Assembly (NCBI GenBank): GCA_964016885.1 | Contig: OZ024740.1 | Coordinates: 396,366,001 to 396,430,000, forward strand | Origin: Eledone cirrhosa | Lineage: Eukaryota | Length of the DNA stretch: 64,000 bases | Direction: 5' to 3' | Shown here: one piece after another, positions 11,601-25,200 of the stretch | How positions within the stretch are numbered: the stretch's first letter is position 1 | Layout: every line of letters starts with the position of its first letter | Made by a program: the position numbers and the translations under genes | Notes under the pieces: generated by a model | The model's database searches: none | What the model was told of the DNA's origin: nothing | What the model saw: the letters and a program-made list of their open reading frames with translations, nothing else

Positions 11601-13261
11601 AATACAGCAGATTATTTTAAGTAACTGGAATCACAGTTATACTGCCTGACATAATACCTTAGCCAATTTCTTGTCTGATTATTGGTGATCTCTAAAAATC
11701 AAGGTTATCAACATATGAATATCTTACCTGCAGTCTCAAAAAATGCTCCAAGAAGAGCTTAACTGAGGTCTGTAGTTTAATTTTGATAAATGAAAAGAGA
11801 GAGAGAGAGAAAGAGGGTAGAGAGAGAGAGAGAGAGAGAGAGGGTAAAGAGAGAGAGCAAGAATGTGAGAATGAAAAGAAACCAACAGAAGACAACTTGA
11901 TAGAGAGTCAAGTAATAGATCTAATATGGGCTGATCCTTCAGACAGTCAGTGAAACATTACATTAGTTTTTAAAAATGCTAAGGTTGAGGGATCTTATCA
12001 GATATGAGAGCAATACTCCAAAGTATACCTGGTTTAGGTAGAGAGTCAAGGATTAAAATAATTGTAGCAGAAAAGCTAACTCAATTCTTGCTGTGACGAC
12101 ATACAAAATATAATTTAACATACCTGTTGTAGATGGAGGAACTTGTAGGAGAAGTGGTGTAATCGGAGGGTTGGCTGCATCGAGTGGTAAAAGCACCTAG
12201 AAAATATTTACAATGTGTCAGAAAGAGCAAAGCACAAATATTTCAAATTGCTACATGTTCAGAAGCTATGGCATTTTCTCTATATACTATTTTTATTACT
12301 GATTTCAGTCACTGAACAGTGACTATGCTGTGGCATTACTTTCAAAGGTTTAGTTAATCATAACCCAAGTCTGGTACTTACTTTATTGACCCTATTTCTT
12401 AAACTGCTAAATTATTCAATTTAAATGATTTTTTAATGGTGTAAACAGACACGGACATAGACAATAAGATTTTTGCACAGATTATTTCAATCAAATTTCT
12501 CTTACAAGGCATTGTTCAACTGTTCAACCAGAGGTTGTTACACCAGATGCTTAGCCAAGGAGTAATGCAATGGGACTGAACATTAAATCATAATTGCGAA
12601 GTGAACAGGAGAGAAATGAAGCAAGCATGCTCCGTTGGATGTGCAATGTTAATGTGCGTGAATGACCAAGCATAGATGAGTTGAGAGAAAAACTGTGTAT
12701 AAGAGGGATAAGTTTTGTGCGGGAGAGAAGACTGCAATGGTATGGACATGTGATGTGCATGGAGGATGACCACTGGGCAAAGAAGTGCCAAGAAATCCCA
12801 GTAGAAGGAAGACGCAGTAGAGAAAGACGAGGAAAAACATGGGTGGAGATGGTGAGAGCAGACCTCAGATCGCTGAAGCTCAGAGGAGATGACGAAGCAC
12901 CGTGAGAAGTGGAGAGATGCTGTGCTGAATAGAACCCGCCCCACTCTTGCAAACAGGGAAAAGCGGATGTAAAATGATGATGAACTTAATAGTCATATGT
13001 GCATATATCCACAAATTAATGTAGCCCATTTTTCAAATATGAAAAATGAAATACATTTGGCCAGTGTGCTGCAAAGTTAACATCTATAATTTATAAATAT
13101 GTTCTACAGAAATAAAGTAGAATATCTTGAACAATGAAGATACATAGAGCACATAGATATTTTAAGTAAAGTATTGCTTGTTCAGCCAACAGGGAAGTGT
13201 TTATGCTTTTACTTGATGTGTTAGATGCAGCAATCAAATTTTCCTAAAATCACATCCTACC

Positions 13262-13292
<31 letters not shown>

Positions 13293-16200
13293 CTTTCCCT
13301 AGGCAACTGAAAGTGTTGGCACAAGGAGGCGCATCTGACTGTAAAACATTGCCATAATAAATACCCTATAATGGGTAGAAGCCTATCATGGGGCTTGCAA
13401 TAACCCTTTAGCATTTACATTACTCTATATTTACTATTGTATTTTCATAGTAAAGGCTTTATCTCACATAATATCGAATCTATGAGATTTTGATATTTAT
13501 TTTGAGAACATTACCTTAACATCACTATGAATAGCCGGTTTGAACGGCAAGAGGTAAGAGAATTCTGGCTGAATACAGCCGGTTTAAGTGCGAAAGGGTT
13601 AAACAATAAGGAGTAATACCCGATAGTCCATGGTCTCCAAAAGGATTGAATTCATTCCATTTATTTTCAACTTGACCTGCTGTAGAGCTGCAAGATTTGT
13701 TAAACTTCTGTGCAGAAGCTGATGACCCTATAAGCATGTGAGTGTTGTTCGTATTGTCAATATTGTTGTTGTTGCTGACCACACTGCTGTAACTGCTGGA
13801 CCGGCTACTAACAGAACTGCTGGCAGGAGAGCTTGGTAATGGAGAAGATGAGATCTCTGTGGTGTTGGGATAATAAGTAGGTGTGGTCAATGCAGTCTGA
13901 ATTGGAGATGATGTGTAGGAACGGTTGTGTTGAAGGGCAAAATTTTCTGTCTGACTTGCCAAATCACTGAGGTCTCCTGAAAGAAATGAAACAATTCAGA
14001 CAGTGATGAGAAGGAATCATGTTTAATGTAAAATTAAATATTTCATAAGAAACAAGGGATTACAAGTTGAAATCAAATAGGACAAGCTTTAAAGAGCATT
14101 GCTTACCAATAGGTGCTACACGAGCTGGTGTGTCCCACGGGTCTTTACATTTCCGTAAATAATCATTCTCAGATCGGCTAGAAGCATTATCATCTGTAAA
14201 TGGAAAAATTTTGGATAAGTTGAATTGTGAAAATATAAAATTTAAAAAAAGAAAAAAGGGGTGGGTGATAGAATACGAGGAAGTGTAACAGTTTACAAGT
14301 CTATAGTAACTTACTGTATGCTGGCTGAGTTTATAGCTTATATGTTGGCAGATGTCAAAATTACAGAGAAAGGCTCGAAAAAGTGCATACCTTCAGAGCT
14401 TGTGGTGTACCCAAGCCTGGCTTTTCCTTTACTTTGTCTTGGTGCCTTTTTAGTCTTACTGACCACTTCCACGGAGTATTCCTTTCTCTCAGGAGATTTC
14501 TTAGGTTCCAGATTATAAGGTAGAGCCAGTGTACTGAAAAAAAAGAAAAAAAAAAGAAACTATATTAAATTTGAAGCGATACACCACACCTGTAATCAAC
14601 AAAAAAGAGGTTTGCTTAAATACAGAGCTGTATTTCTTTTTGATTTACTTTATAACTTTACTCCTCCAAATACTGAAACATACTTTGATTTTCCTTTTAA
14701 ACAGTCTGATAATCACTATTTGCTGATGCGTCCAACATTCATCATCATCGTTTACTGTCCATTTTCCATGCTAGCATGGGTTAGACGAGTCGTCCCATTT
14801 GAGTTAAGTTGGGTCAAGTGACTCGCGTGTCTAACATTTCAAATAAAACGTACCTGCCAAGCTACACAGAGTATATTAGACTAACAAACTTAGTCTAGGC
14901 TAACTGATTTTCAATCTTGTTCAACAATATTCTTGTTGCTTCATTTTATAAACTTATACATATAAACTCACAAAATAACCTCACTACCATGAAAGTTACA
15001 TGAGCGAGTGCTTCCAACCAAAACAAGGTATAAAATTTCAAACTCAGCTTTCTTACTTAGGTTTCCAGATATTTCCACCATAAGTATCTTTGGGGTTCAC
15101 TTTTATCTTCTTGTGAGCTTTTGATCGTGTAGTCAACTCAAAATCATCATCAGCATAGACAATATCTTCAATAATTGGAGAATGCTTCTCAACTGGTTTG
15201 GATTTCTTGGACTTAGATTTTGACACCTCCGAAAAATTGTTGGAATTATTGCTTGCCTCCCTGGAACAATTCTAGAAATGAATAAAATAAACAAGGAATG
15301 TCAATTTTAGAAAGTCAACTTAACATATCAATGGCAGGGCTGTATGCATCTTTTATGCACTAATGAGTTAGACTGCAGTAAATTTCAGACATTTAAATGA
15401 GTAACTGGCACAAAATGTGTTACAAATAGACTCTCATACTACAGTAAGATATGGAGTAAAACAGAAATGGTGAAAGGAGAGTGGTTAAAAGCACAAGCAT
15501 AAACAAGTAGATAATAGGGATTGAGATTTTATAAATATTTGTGTAAATTTGTGAACTTTTGATAGCAATATCACTCAGAATACCTCTAATATAAAAGCAA
15601 GAATTTATAGTAAACAGGGTTTTATTAGGTATTTAATGTCCATGAAATAAATTAGTAGTTGAGCTTTAGCATTACTAAAATTGAGTGGTAACGTTGAAAA
15701 GAAAAATTAAGTGGACAAGACCTTTTCTTCAAATTCCCCCGTTGAAGATTCTGTTGTTGTAGATGAAGTTTCATCTTTCTCATCTGTTACATCTTTCATT
15801 GTGGTAAACTGGGACTTTGTATTCTGTTCTTTGTTTTCTGCTTTATTTTTCTTCTTTCTGTTCTTTCCATTTTTACTTGTTTGGACTGTGATAAAATAAT
15901 AGGAAACAAAATCTTTGATTAAGCAGAAATCAACTGTATATTATATTGATTAAATCAATTCCAGTATATTACTTCAAGTTGTTTTATCAACCTAAGGAAT
16001 GAAAAAATAAAGTCAACTGATGTAATTTAATGACAAATTACAACAAATTTACAATCTAAATACTACAAAGTATCTAAGCTGACTATTGTTTGCAATATCA
16101 ATACTGCATAATTCAGTTTGAGTTAATATCAGAAAACGTATATCAAAACATTGATGACTACAATGTTAATTTCCCCAGGAATCCAACCTTTAATTTGAAA

Positions 16201-19200
16201 TGATTTCAGAATAAGGATCAGAAGGACTCTTCAGTTGTGTCAAAGACAATATACCTAGTGTTGGTGTTAAGAAGGTCATCCAGCCATAGAAAACTTGCCA
16301 AACGAAGGGTTGGAAGGACTCTTCAGTTGTTTCAAACATGTGACAACCTCCCTACTGCTAGTGCCATGATAAAATGCACTTTGTAGAACATATGTAAGCG
16401 AGATGCAGGCCCATGACCCATTTGAGAAGTCGGTAGCTCTGCTTGAGTACTGACCGGACCAATCCTTGCTAACAAGAAAAATGGACGTTTAATAATGTTG
16501 ATGTCAGCAGTCTTGTTTCAGATTATAGTCTCACAGCAAAAGGAGTAGGTTTGCAATAAAACTTAAAACAACAAAGTTGAAGAAACTCCAACAAAAACAT
16601 TGAAATTTGAAAACATTAAAATCAAAGTACTGGTTGTATTGCTTTACAAACTATCACAAAATGGATAGAAACTATTCTTTTTGGTAAGGAAGCAGTTAAA
16701 AGATTGAATATAAGAGTTTAAAAAAAAGAATTGATTGCAGTCATTTAGTACAAACGAGAATTCAAATGTCTTTACCTTCTGTTTTTACAGGTGTTGGTTT
16801 GTCTTCTTCAATCACAGGGCAAGTGTTCCCACGCCGTTCTTCACTTGATATTCTTCCATTACTGTTTACCTTTGTTTCATATGAAGAACTGTAGTCTTTT
16901 GTATCATAATTTGATTTTCTAGATTGGTTTGTGTCAGTGTTAGATACATTTCTTTTATCACTGAATTCTGTTGTGTTGAGATCATTGTTGCACCGTTTAG
17001 CTGGGCGAGTCTTTTTCCTAACTACAGTGTTCTGCCCACTGTTGCTACGTTCATTGAGGTCTTCAGAAGAATTTGCTGAACAATTTTTCACTTCATATAT
17101 GGCAGCTTTTAAATTGTTTGATAAGTCTTTTGTATCTTTTTCATGAGAATTCACTTTTAAAATATTTGGCTTTCTCTTGTAACCAAATATTGAAAATAAA
17201 GGAGGAAGTTTTTTAAATAAATAATTTGCTTTAAAGGTCCACTGTTTGTCCCTCTTGTTATTTGTGTGGTCTGTGTGATTTGTTGAACTCTCAGAAAGCA
17301 AGCGTGAAGCACGACCCTCTGTAACTACAGAAGAGTTTTGTGGTAGCATTTTAGAAACAGATGAAAGCCCAGAGATATTTTTCAGATCAAATGCTTTACC
17401 CTTCTCAAATGGCTGTGTACCATTTAACACTTTGAGTTTTCGTCTGTAAGAGTCTGCTACACAAATGCGCTTTGCTTCAAGATAGGCTGTAATAAATACA
17501 CACAGAGTGAGCACAACAATTATACAGATAAAGGCATAGTAGAGACCCATTTCCCAACTTGGGCGGGGTAGGGCAGCAGCGCATCTGGCTAACATATAGG
17601 GAGGTACAGTAGCTTGCAAAGTGAAGTTCACTGGTGGCCCTAAACTTGTAGAGATTGTAAGAACACGACGAATACGAGACATGGTGAAGTCAGGAGTGAA
17701 ACTGAAAAGGAAAATATAAATAATTTAGTCAGGAAATTAAGAATACATTATATAAACAATTTACCATTAATCTAATTATATACTTACGCAATATCTATTT
17801 TCTGACTACCATTAGGGAGCAGCTCAAAGCCAGCACAGTCTAACACTTTGAAACCATATCCTTCACAAGGTGAAGAATTTATGCTGAATCCATGCACATA
17901 AAATGGTAATTCGCCAGTGTTTCGCATCGTAAACATTCTTTTCACAGTAAAATGAGGCAATGAGTTTTTACCCTGCTTTTTTTCTGAAACAAAGGAAAAG
18001 TTTTTTTTTAACAACCTCTTCATTTCATGTATCCTCATAAATACTACAGAATATCATGACATTCACTATTCACTTCCCTGACATTTGTATATTATTCTAT
18101 GTACTATACATGCACCTTTGATGAGTTGTAGTGCATCTGAGCACTGTACACAATAATTTTATTATTATAATTAATAGGTGGGATAGTTCTGTAGATTGGA
18201 TTTGGATAAATTGTGTGTGCATTTCCTACTGTAATCTGCTCTACCATCAAATAGAGAATACTATCCACTTTTTAGCTTGATAATATATTAAATCTTGACC
18301 AGCCTTATAGCAACTATAATTAACATCTATTTTTCTATGCTGGCATTGGTTGGATGGATAGATTATTTGTCAGGGCATTTTCATGGCTGGATACTCTGAT
18401 GGAGCAATTTGTGTATATAGTGTAATAAACAGCAAACAATTTTGGTAGAGTCATTAGTGTTGGATATTTTTCCTGGTGTGTGTGTTCCAAGTTCAAATCT
18501 CACCGAGGTCCACTTTGCCTTTCATCTTTTCAGGGCTGATAAAGAAACCACCAGCTTAGTGCTGGTGCAGCCCTTTCTCCTTCCAGGTGTTACATCTTGA
18601 ATGTTTGGCTGAATTAAGGCGGAGAGGGTCAAGGTGTTGCTTTCTGTTCCTGACTGCATGGGCACCTAAAACCCTTAGTGAAAGCATGGCACATACTACC
18701 AAGTCATGCTCGATTGCAAGTGACAACTGAAGATGAACAAACTACATGCCATCAATTTAACTTCAGATACAACTTTTCTGAATAGAGAGATTTCAATAGT
18801 GATATTGTGTAGTAAGTATGCAAGGGATCAGTAGGATGTTGATAAAGGAATGATTAGTGGCAAGACACAGAAAACGAGAGTATGTTAGAGGAAATAGGAC
18901 TGGTGTCAGTGATGATTTAACTTTTAAATAAAGGACTTTATTAGAAGTATTAGTAGCACAGTTATTTGGGTCAACCACATGCATAATGTAGGAAGAAAGT
19001 GGAGAAATAATACTTACTATCACAGTTCTTTAAATGTTTCTCTGTCATCTCAAAGAGTAGTGGTGTTCGAGAGCCAGCCTTTCTGTTACTGAATCTCATT
19101 TCTCCCTGACCACCCTGACCCTGTACCACAAGACTGTCTATTATTGTTAGGTTGTTTCTGAAACAAACAAGAAACAATTTTATTCATTCTCTGCAGTATA

Positions 19201-22200
19201 TTTATATTTTTGATATTTTACAAAAGAGCAGACAGTTGATATATATGATTGCTTTTTGACTGGTTCCAGATTGGGCTATCACAACATTACACCCAGTTTT
19301 GTTACATCACATTCACAGTGCATGCATATACAATTTAAAGTTTAAAACCAACCATAAAATAGAAATGGTACCAGTTATTGAAATGTATGCCCCAAAACCT
19401 TATTAAGCAGTTAACTAGATAAAAACATTTAATGATTATAAAATGAAACAGCCAAAGTATATTCACATAGGTGGCAAAAGACAGCCGAGGACTTATTTTC
19501 CATTGAAAGATTTGAAATAAAAATTAAAAAATCTTTTAGTGAAGCTTAACATCACAAAAATTACTGAGAAATTCTACTAAATTCTACACTTATTGAAAAT
19601 AGTTATAATACACACAAAATGTAAACCAAAGATGATATTTAGTTGAAGACACTATTTATGTGAAAGAAAGCAGCTATATTAATTGAACTTGCCTTAATCT
19701 TTTTGTAATCTTATTTCTAATGCTTATTTGTTTCATTATACATTTGAAATCATCAAGTCTTGAGGAGTTTAGTGAAACAATTTCCTTCATTTTATGATGT
19801 TTACATAAAATCGACAAGTGTTTTATTGAAACCTGAATACTTCAAAACAATGTGTTAAAGCCAATGTAATCTCAGGCAGGTAAATAGCTAATTAATCTTG
19901 CCTCTGGTATAGAATTTAACATAAAACTGAAAGATACCACACAGCATGTTATCAAGTATCTTGTCCAGTTTACAATAAAATTTCAAATTGTAACTAAAAC
20001 AAACTCAAAATAAAATAGAAAAAAAATCTTTTTTCATGTATCAAGATAAATAAGAGTAAAATACTGTAACAAACCTTATAATGATTAGAGAAGTTCTAGA
20101 TAGATCATCTTTAGGACGAAATCCTACTTGAAATTTTAACTTTGTTCCTGGGCTGAGGAGTGCTGTGATTGTTTCTTTGTGAGGTTTGATACCTAAAGTG
20201 TTTTCTATGTGTTTGCGGTATCGGTGGAGCTGGGAATTTGGCTGCAATTAAAAGGATTGACAAATCTGTAAAACTTTCAAAAATCTCAGACACATTGTGC
20301 AAACATTTATGAACCTTTAAAAATGGAAAGTTGTACTATTCATAACTTTTTAATAAGTATGATTTTCAATAATCATCTTTGCCTCAACAACTCTCTCAGG
20401 AATGTGGACAGAGTCCTCAAACAATCCTTCCAGCGGATCCTGTCAGAAGCAACCATTTCAATTGATCTGGCTGAATCCCCAAGTGAGACTAGCCAAGTTC
20501 ATGGATATTATCCAACCATCTTGCTCGGGGTCTACCCCTGGGACTCCTGCCGGTTGGTTTTGCTCATAAAATCTGTCGAGCGACTGTTTCCTAAGACATT
20601 CTAAACACAAGTCCATAATCATGGAGCTGTAATCTCTCAATTCAAAGAAGTAATGGTTCTACTTGATATTCTCTGATCTGAGCTACGCACTATTGATTAA
20701 CGTTACTCCAAAGACCTTTTGGAGTAACCTCATTTTGGCCGCTTGTATTTGCAATCATATTCTTTTGGTCATTACCCAAGATTCCTAACCATAGGTAAGA
20801 GTTGGCACAACTACCAAATTGAGTGAAAATCACAATTTTCAAAAAGGGAGACAAGAGAGATTGTTCCAATTACAGAGGGATCTCCTTGTTAAACCTCTCT
20901 GGTAAAGTCTAATGTTAAGGTGTCTGGAAAAGAGATGCAGGGAGATTGTTGAGTCGAAGCTAGCTAATGAACAGTGTGGTTTTCACCCTGGACACAGGAC
21001 AGCTGACCTAATATTCACACTGCGGCAGGTCGAGAAATTGTGCAAGTATTCAATCAGAATTTAATAATTCAGAAAACTGATGTTTTAGCTTAATAAAAAA
21101 ATTTCAAAGAGTGAAATGGATTAAATACAAACTGTAGAATAGGAGTGTTCGAGATCTGGCAAGATGAAAATATCCCTATCATCTGTTTCTATGTAATCTG
21201 AGAGATCGGATGCAAGTCTGGAAAAGAAAAAAAATTAAATCTATAGCAAAGTAGAATAAAATGTCGAAGAAGGACAAAACATAATATATGCAGATAGATA
21301 TAAACTGATGATTGGAGAGTTATTGGTTTGGCACCTTATCCATTTAGCAATTACTCTCCTTAGGTGTAAATTTATATTGGAAAAAACAATTGTCTAAGTT
21401 AAAAATATTGTCTCAAATGCTTAATTTTCAGTGTATACTATTGATAATACCACCACAATATATATATATATAAACACAATTTATATAAAAAAAGAGAGGA
21501 AAGATCTGTCTGACAGAATTATTCAAATTTGTCTTGACTGTATTTCTCTGATGTATTTTAATTCTTCAACTTTCTGATCTCTTTAGGCTAGATTCTTTTG
21601 ACTCTTTCAAATTGGGCCATTCTATTACAAGCTCAGTAAACACTCTTCATTTTATTTATTGATATTTATTTGATAAGAAAGAGTTGCAGTCATAGCCTTT
21701 CTACATACTTTTAGAGAAAGATCATGGTTGAGTTTCAGAAGGATGTAGTTTTGAGAAACAAAAATTTGGCATAACATTGATATAATTCCTAGATATTAGG
21801 AATAATCCAGTCAGAATAATAATAATAATGAATAGTGTGAACGTGACCTGGGCATTACTGTCAGCAGCGATTTGCGTTGGACAAAGCATGTCTCTAAGAT
21901 TGTCAAGAAGGCCGAGGGTGTCTTGGCATTACTCAGCAAGACCTTTGTTAGCTGCTCTCCAGCCATCTATTTAAAACTGTATACAGCTATGGTACGACCA
22001 CACTTAGGAGTTCCAGATTGATGATGCGAATTCTATCTTGCTCAGAACATTGACTGCCTGGAAACTGTTAAGAGACGTGCAACCAAGCGCATACCCTCCA
22101 TCAGACACCTACCATACTCTGAACACCTTGCTTCCCTGGGCATGGATTCATTGAAGCTCCGACGTCTGGCAATGGACTTGGTAAACACCCACAAAGTTAT

Positions 22201-25200
22201 TAACCATCTCGCCAACAACAACCCTGAGCACCTTTTTGATCTCCATGTGTCTAACACACGTGGACATGCCTACAAAATCAGAAAACAGCACACCTCCCAT
22301 CACTTTCGTAAACATTTTTTCACGCTCAGAGTTGCTGAAGCATGGAACAAACTGCATGTGTCAGTTGTTAGCTGCCGAGACACTGCGTCCTTTAAAACAC
22401 TCATGCTTCCCGAAATACGCCCAAACTACACCTGATGTACCCCTTCCATACACATGCACACGTGTATATCATGACTCATGCACTGTTCATTTTCCTGACG
22501 TTTGTACATTACCCTATGTACTATACATACACTTTTTGATGAGTTGTAGTGCACCTGAGCACTGTACACAATATTTCATTATTATTATTATTATTATTAA
22601 TTAATTATTATTAGGGCAGTGGATTGGCAGTATCGGTAGAGGGTTGGACGCCATGCTTTCCAGCATAGTTACGTCCCTTTACGATCTGAGTTCAAATCCC
22701 GCCGAGGTTGACTTTGCCTTTCATCCTTACGGGGTCGATAAAATAAAGTACCAGTAATGCACTGGGTAATTGCTGGCCTTGTGCCTAAAGTAGAAACAAT
22801 TATTAATTAATTATTGTGTATTAACAAAAGAATAAATAGCATCTGAACTATTAAGGATTATTTAGCAATCTTTTTCATTAACACAATTCCTCTCCCATGG
22901 TGGTATTACTCTCTGCCACTCCTATCAATACTTCCCCAGTGATGATGCCATGATAAAAATGCACCCAACCCATTTTGTAAAGCAGTAGTGCTGGTGCCAC
23001 AATAAAGGGCACCTAGTGAACACCTTCTGCCACAACAGGGGAACCTGGTTCACTCTGTAAAGCGATAGTGCCAGAGTGATGAAGTGTTCCTGGTGCAAGC
23101 TGTGGTTGGTGTAAGGTTGGGCATCCAGCTGTAAAAATCATGCTCCCAGTACATGCTGTAAATTGGTTGGTGTTAAGGAAGGCATCCAGCCATAGAAACG
23201 AAGCCAAAAATGGAACACATGAACAAGACATGGTCACATGTCTAACTTATGCAAGCATAGAAAATAGCCGAACAGTGATAATGATTGTCAAACAGTATTA
23301 CTATCAAATAACATTAATAGCATGTCATACTGATGACAGAGTGTACACAGTTGCTTGACCTGCTAGAAATAACCAGATTTCCTGCAAATCATTCGTATTC
23401 TTAAAAAGAAAATATTGGATTGCAGTCTGAGGCACACTGTATGTATAATAAAAAAATAAAAAAAAGGCAAGATGAGTACAGCTGTAATGGATATCAGGGC
23501 TGACCTGGAGCTCAACATTAATCAATGACTTCCTCACAGCCATGCTATTAATTTATTAATTGCTATCATTATCAACTTGAAAATTGACTCCTATATGGAT
23601 TAACTCTTCACAATGCCATACCAGTTGTGATATTGTAGAAGGCGAGAAACTGATAATAACCTCCAGTCTTATTACTTGGCATTAGTGAATTTTGGAACAT
23701 CTGTGCGATGTGGATAAAAAAAAAAAAAAAAAAAAAAAATATCGTAGCTTCATCCTCAGCTTATGTTCATGAAATGAATTCAGCCGAGTCAGTGAGATTG
23801 CTCTATTCTCAGGTTCCTTTTATTATAACTACTAGACATTGCTTTTGAGGTAACTCTTTAGCCACCATGCTTTCATCTTTTCAAAATAACAATATTCAAG
23901 TATCATAAAATTTTAACTCCTCTTGCTTTCTTGCACAGAAAATTACTTATGAAGACAAGCCTGATATTCTGGTGCAGATGATGATTGACTATATCCAGCC
24001 AGCCCAATATTCCTTTTTGCCTTGTCAGGCACTTCTATTTACTACTGTTATTTACATCACTTCCTCCATGAATCTGATCAAATTATATTGTTGCTTTAGC
24101 TGAGTTTTTTCAGCAGGGCATTACTATGATTTTTGTCAAATTCGTAAATATACACTTTTTTTTGTTTTAGGTTCACCTGATGAATATATTTTTCACTGAT
24201 TTTCATGCAGACACCCAGTGTCAGAAACTGCACCCTTGGCATTAGAGTCAGGGTTCACAGGATTAGCTTTTGCATAGGTTTGATCATCCTTCAAAACTTC
24301 CATGCTTCCTGAAATTCGCCAACACTACACCTGATATTCTGCCTCCATACACACGCACGCATGTATCTGTGTATATCATGACTCATACACTGTTCACTTT
24401 CCTGATATTTGTACATTATTCTATGTACTATACATGCACCTTTGACGAGTTGTAGTGCACCTGAGTACTGTACACAATTTTCATTATTATTGTTACGTTA
24501 ACAGCATCTTAAATGCGAAATAACTTACCTATTACTCATAAGGTCAACAATAGTTTGCGGGTTTGGATAGACAGGTAAAGTAAAGATTTGTATCAGAACT
24601 GGCACATCCCCAGGGTTTTCTACGATGAAATCTGATAACTATTAAAAGAAAAAAAAAAAAAGTTATGCGGTTATCTGTCACTCAAACACAACATACACAC
24701 AAAAAAAAAAACTAACTTTTATAACAAAAAATACAAAATATACTTGTATACAGCAATTTTCTACTAAAGCAGTAATATATTTATTTTTCATGGCATTTGT
24801 AAGTCCATTTTATCTTAAGATTATGTCTATTTTTCAATATTCAGATACGAAAGGATTATATCTTTTATAGAAGCTATGGTGAATATTTCTTACAGTTCAA
24901 TCAGTTAATATAAAATATTTTAAGACTAGCATTTTAAAATCAATCCATTTCATCTTTTACAGAATCTGAGATTCTAGATAGACAAAAGTCTTTGTACAAA
25001 GGGTTTCTAGTTTTGAATTTTTCATAAAGGACCAAACTGAAACAGAAATTTAATATAAGAAGTTTTAAACTATTAGATAGGTAAACCCTTTAACATTCAT
25101 ATTACTCTCTATATACTATTGTATTTTTACGGTAAAGGATTTATCTCACAATATCGAATCTGAGATTGATATTTTGAGAACAATACCTTAACATCGGTAT

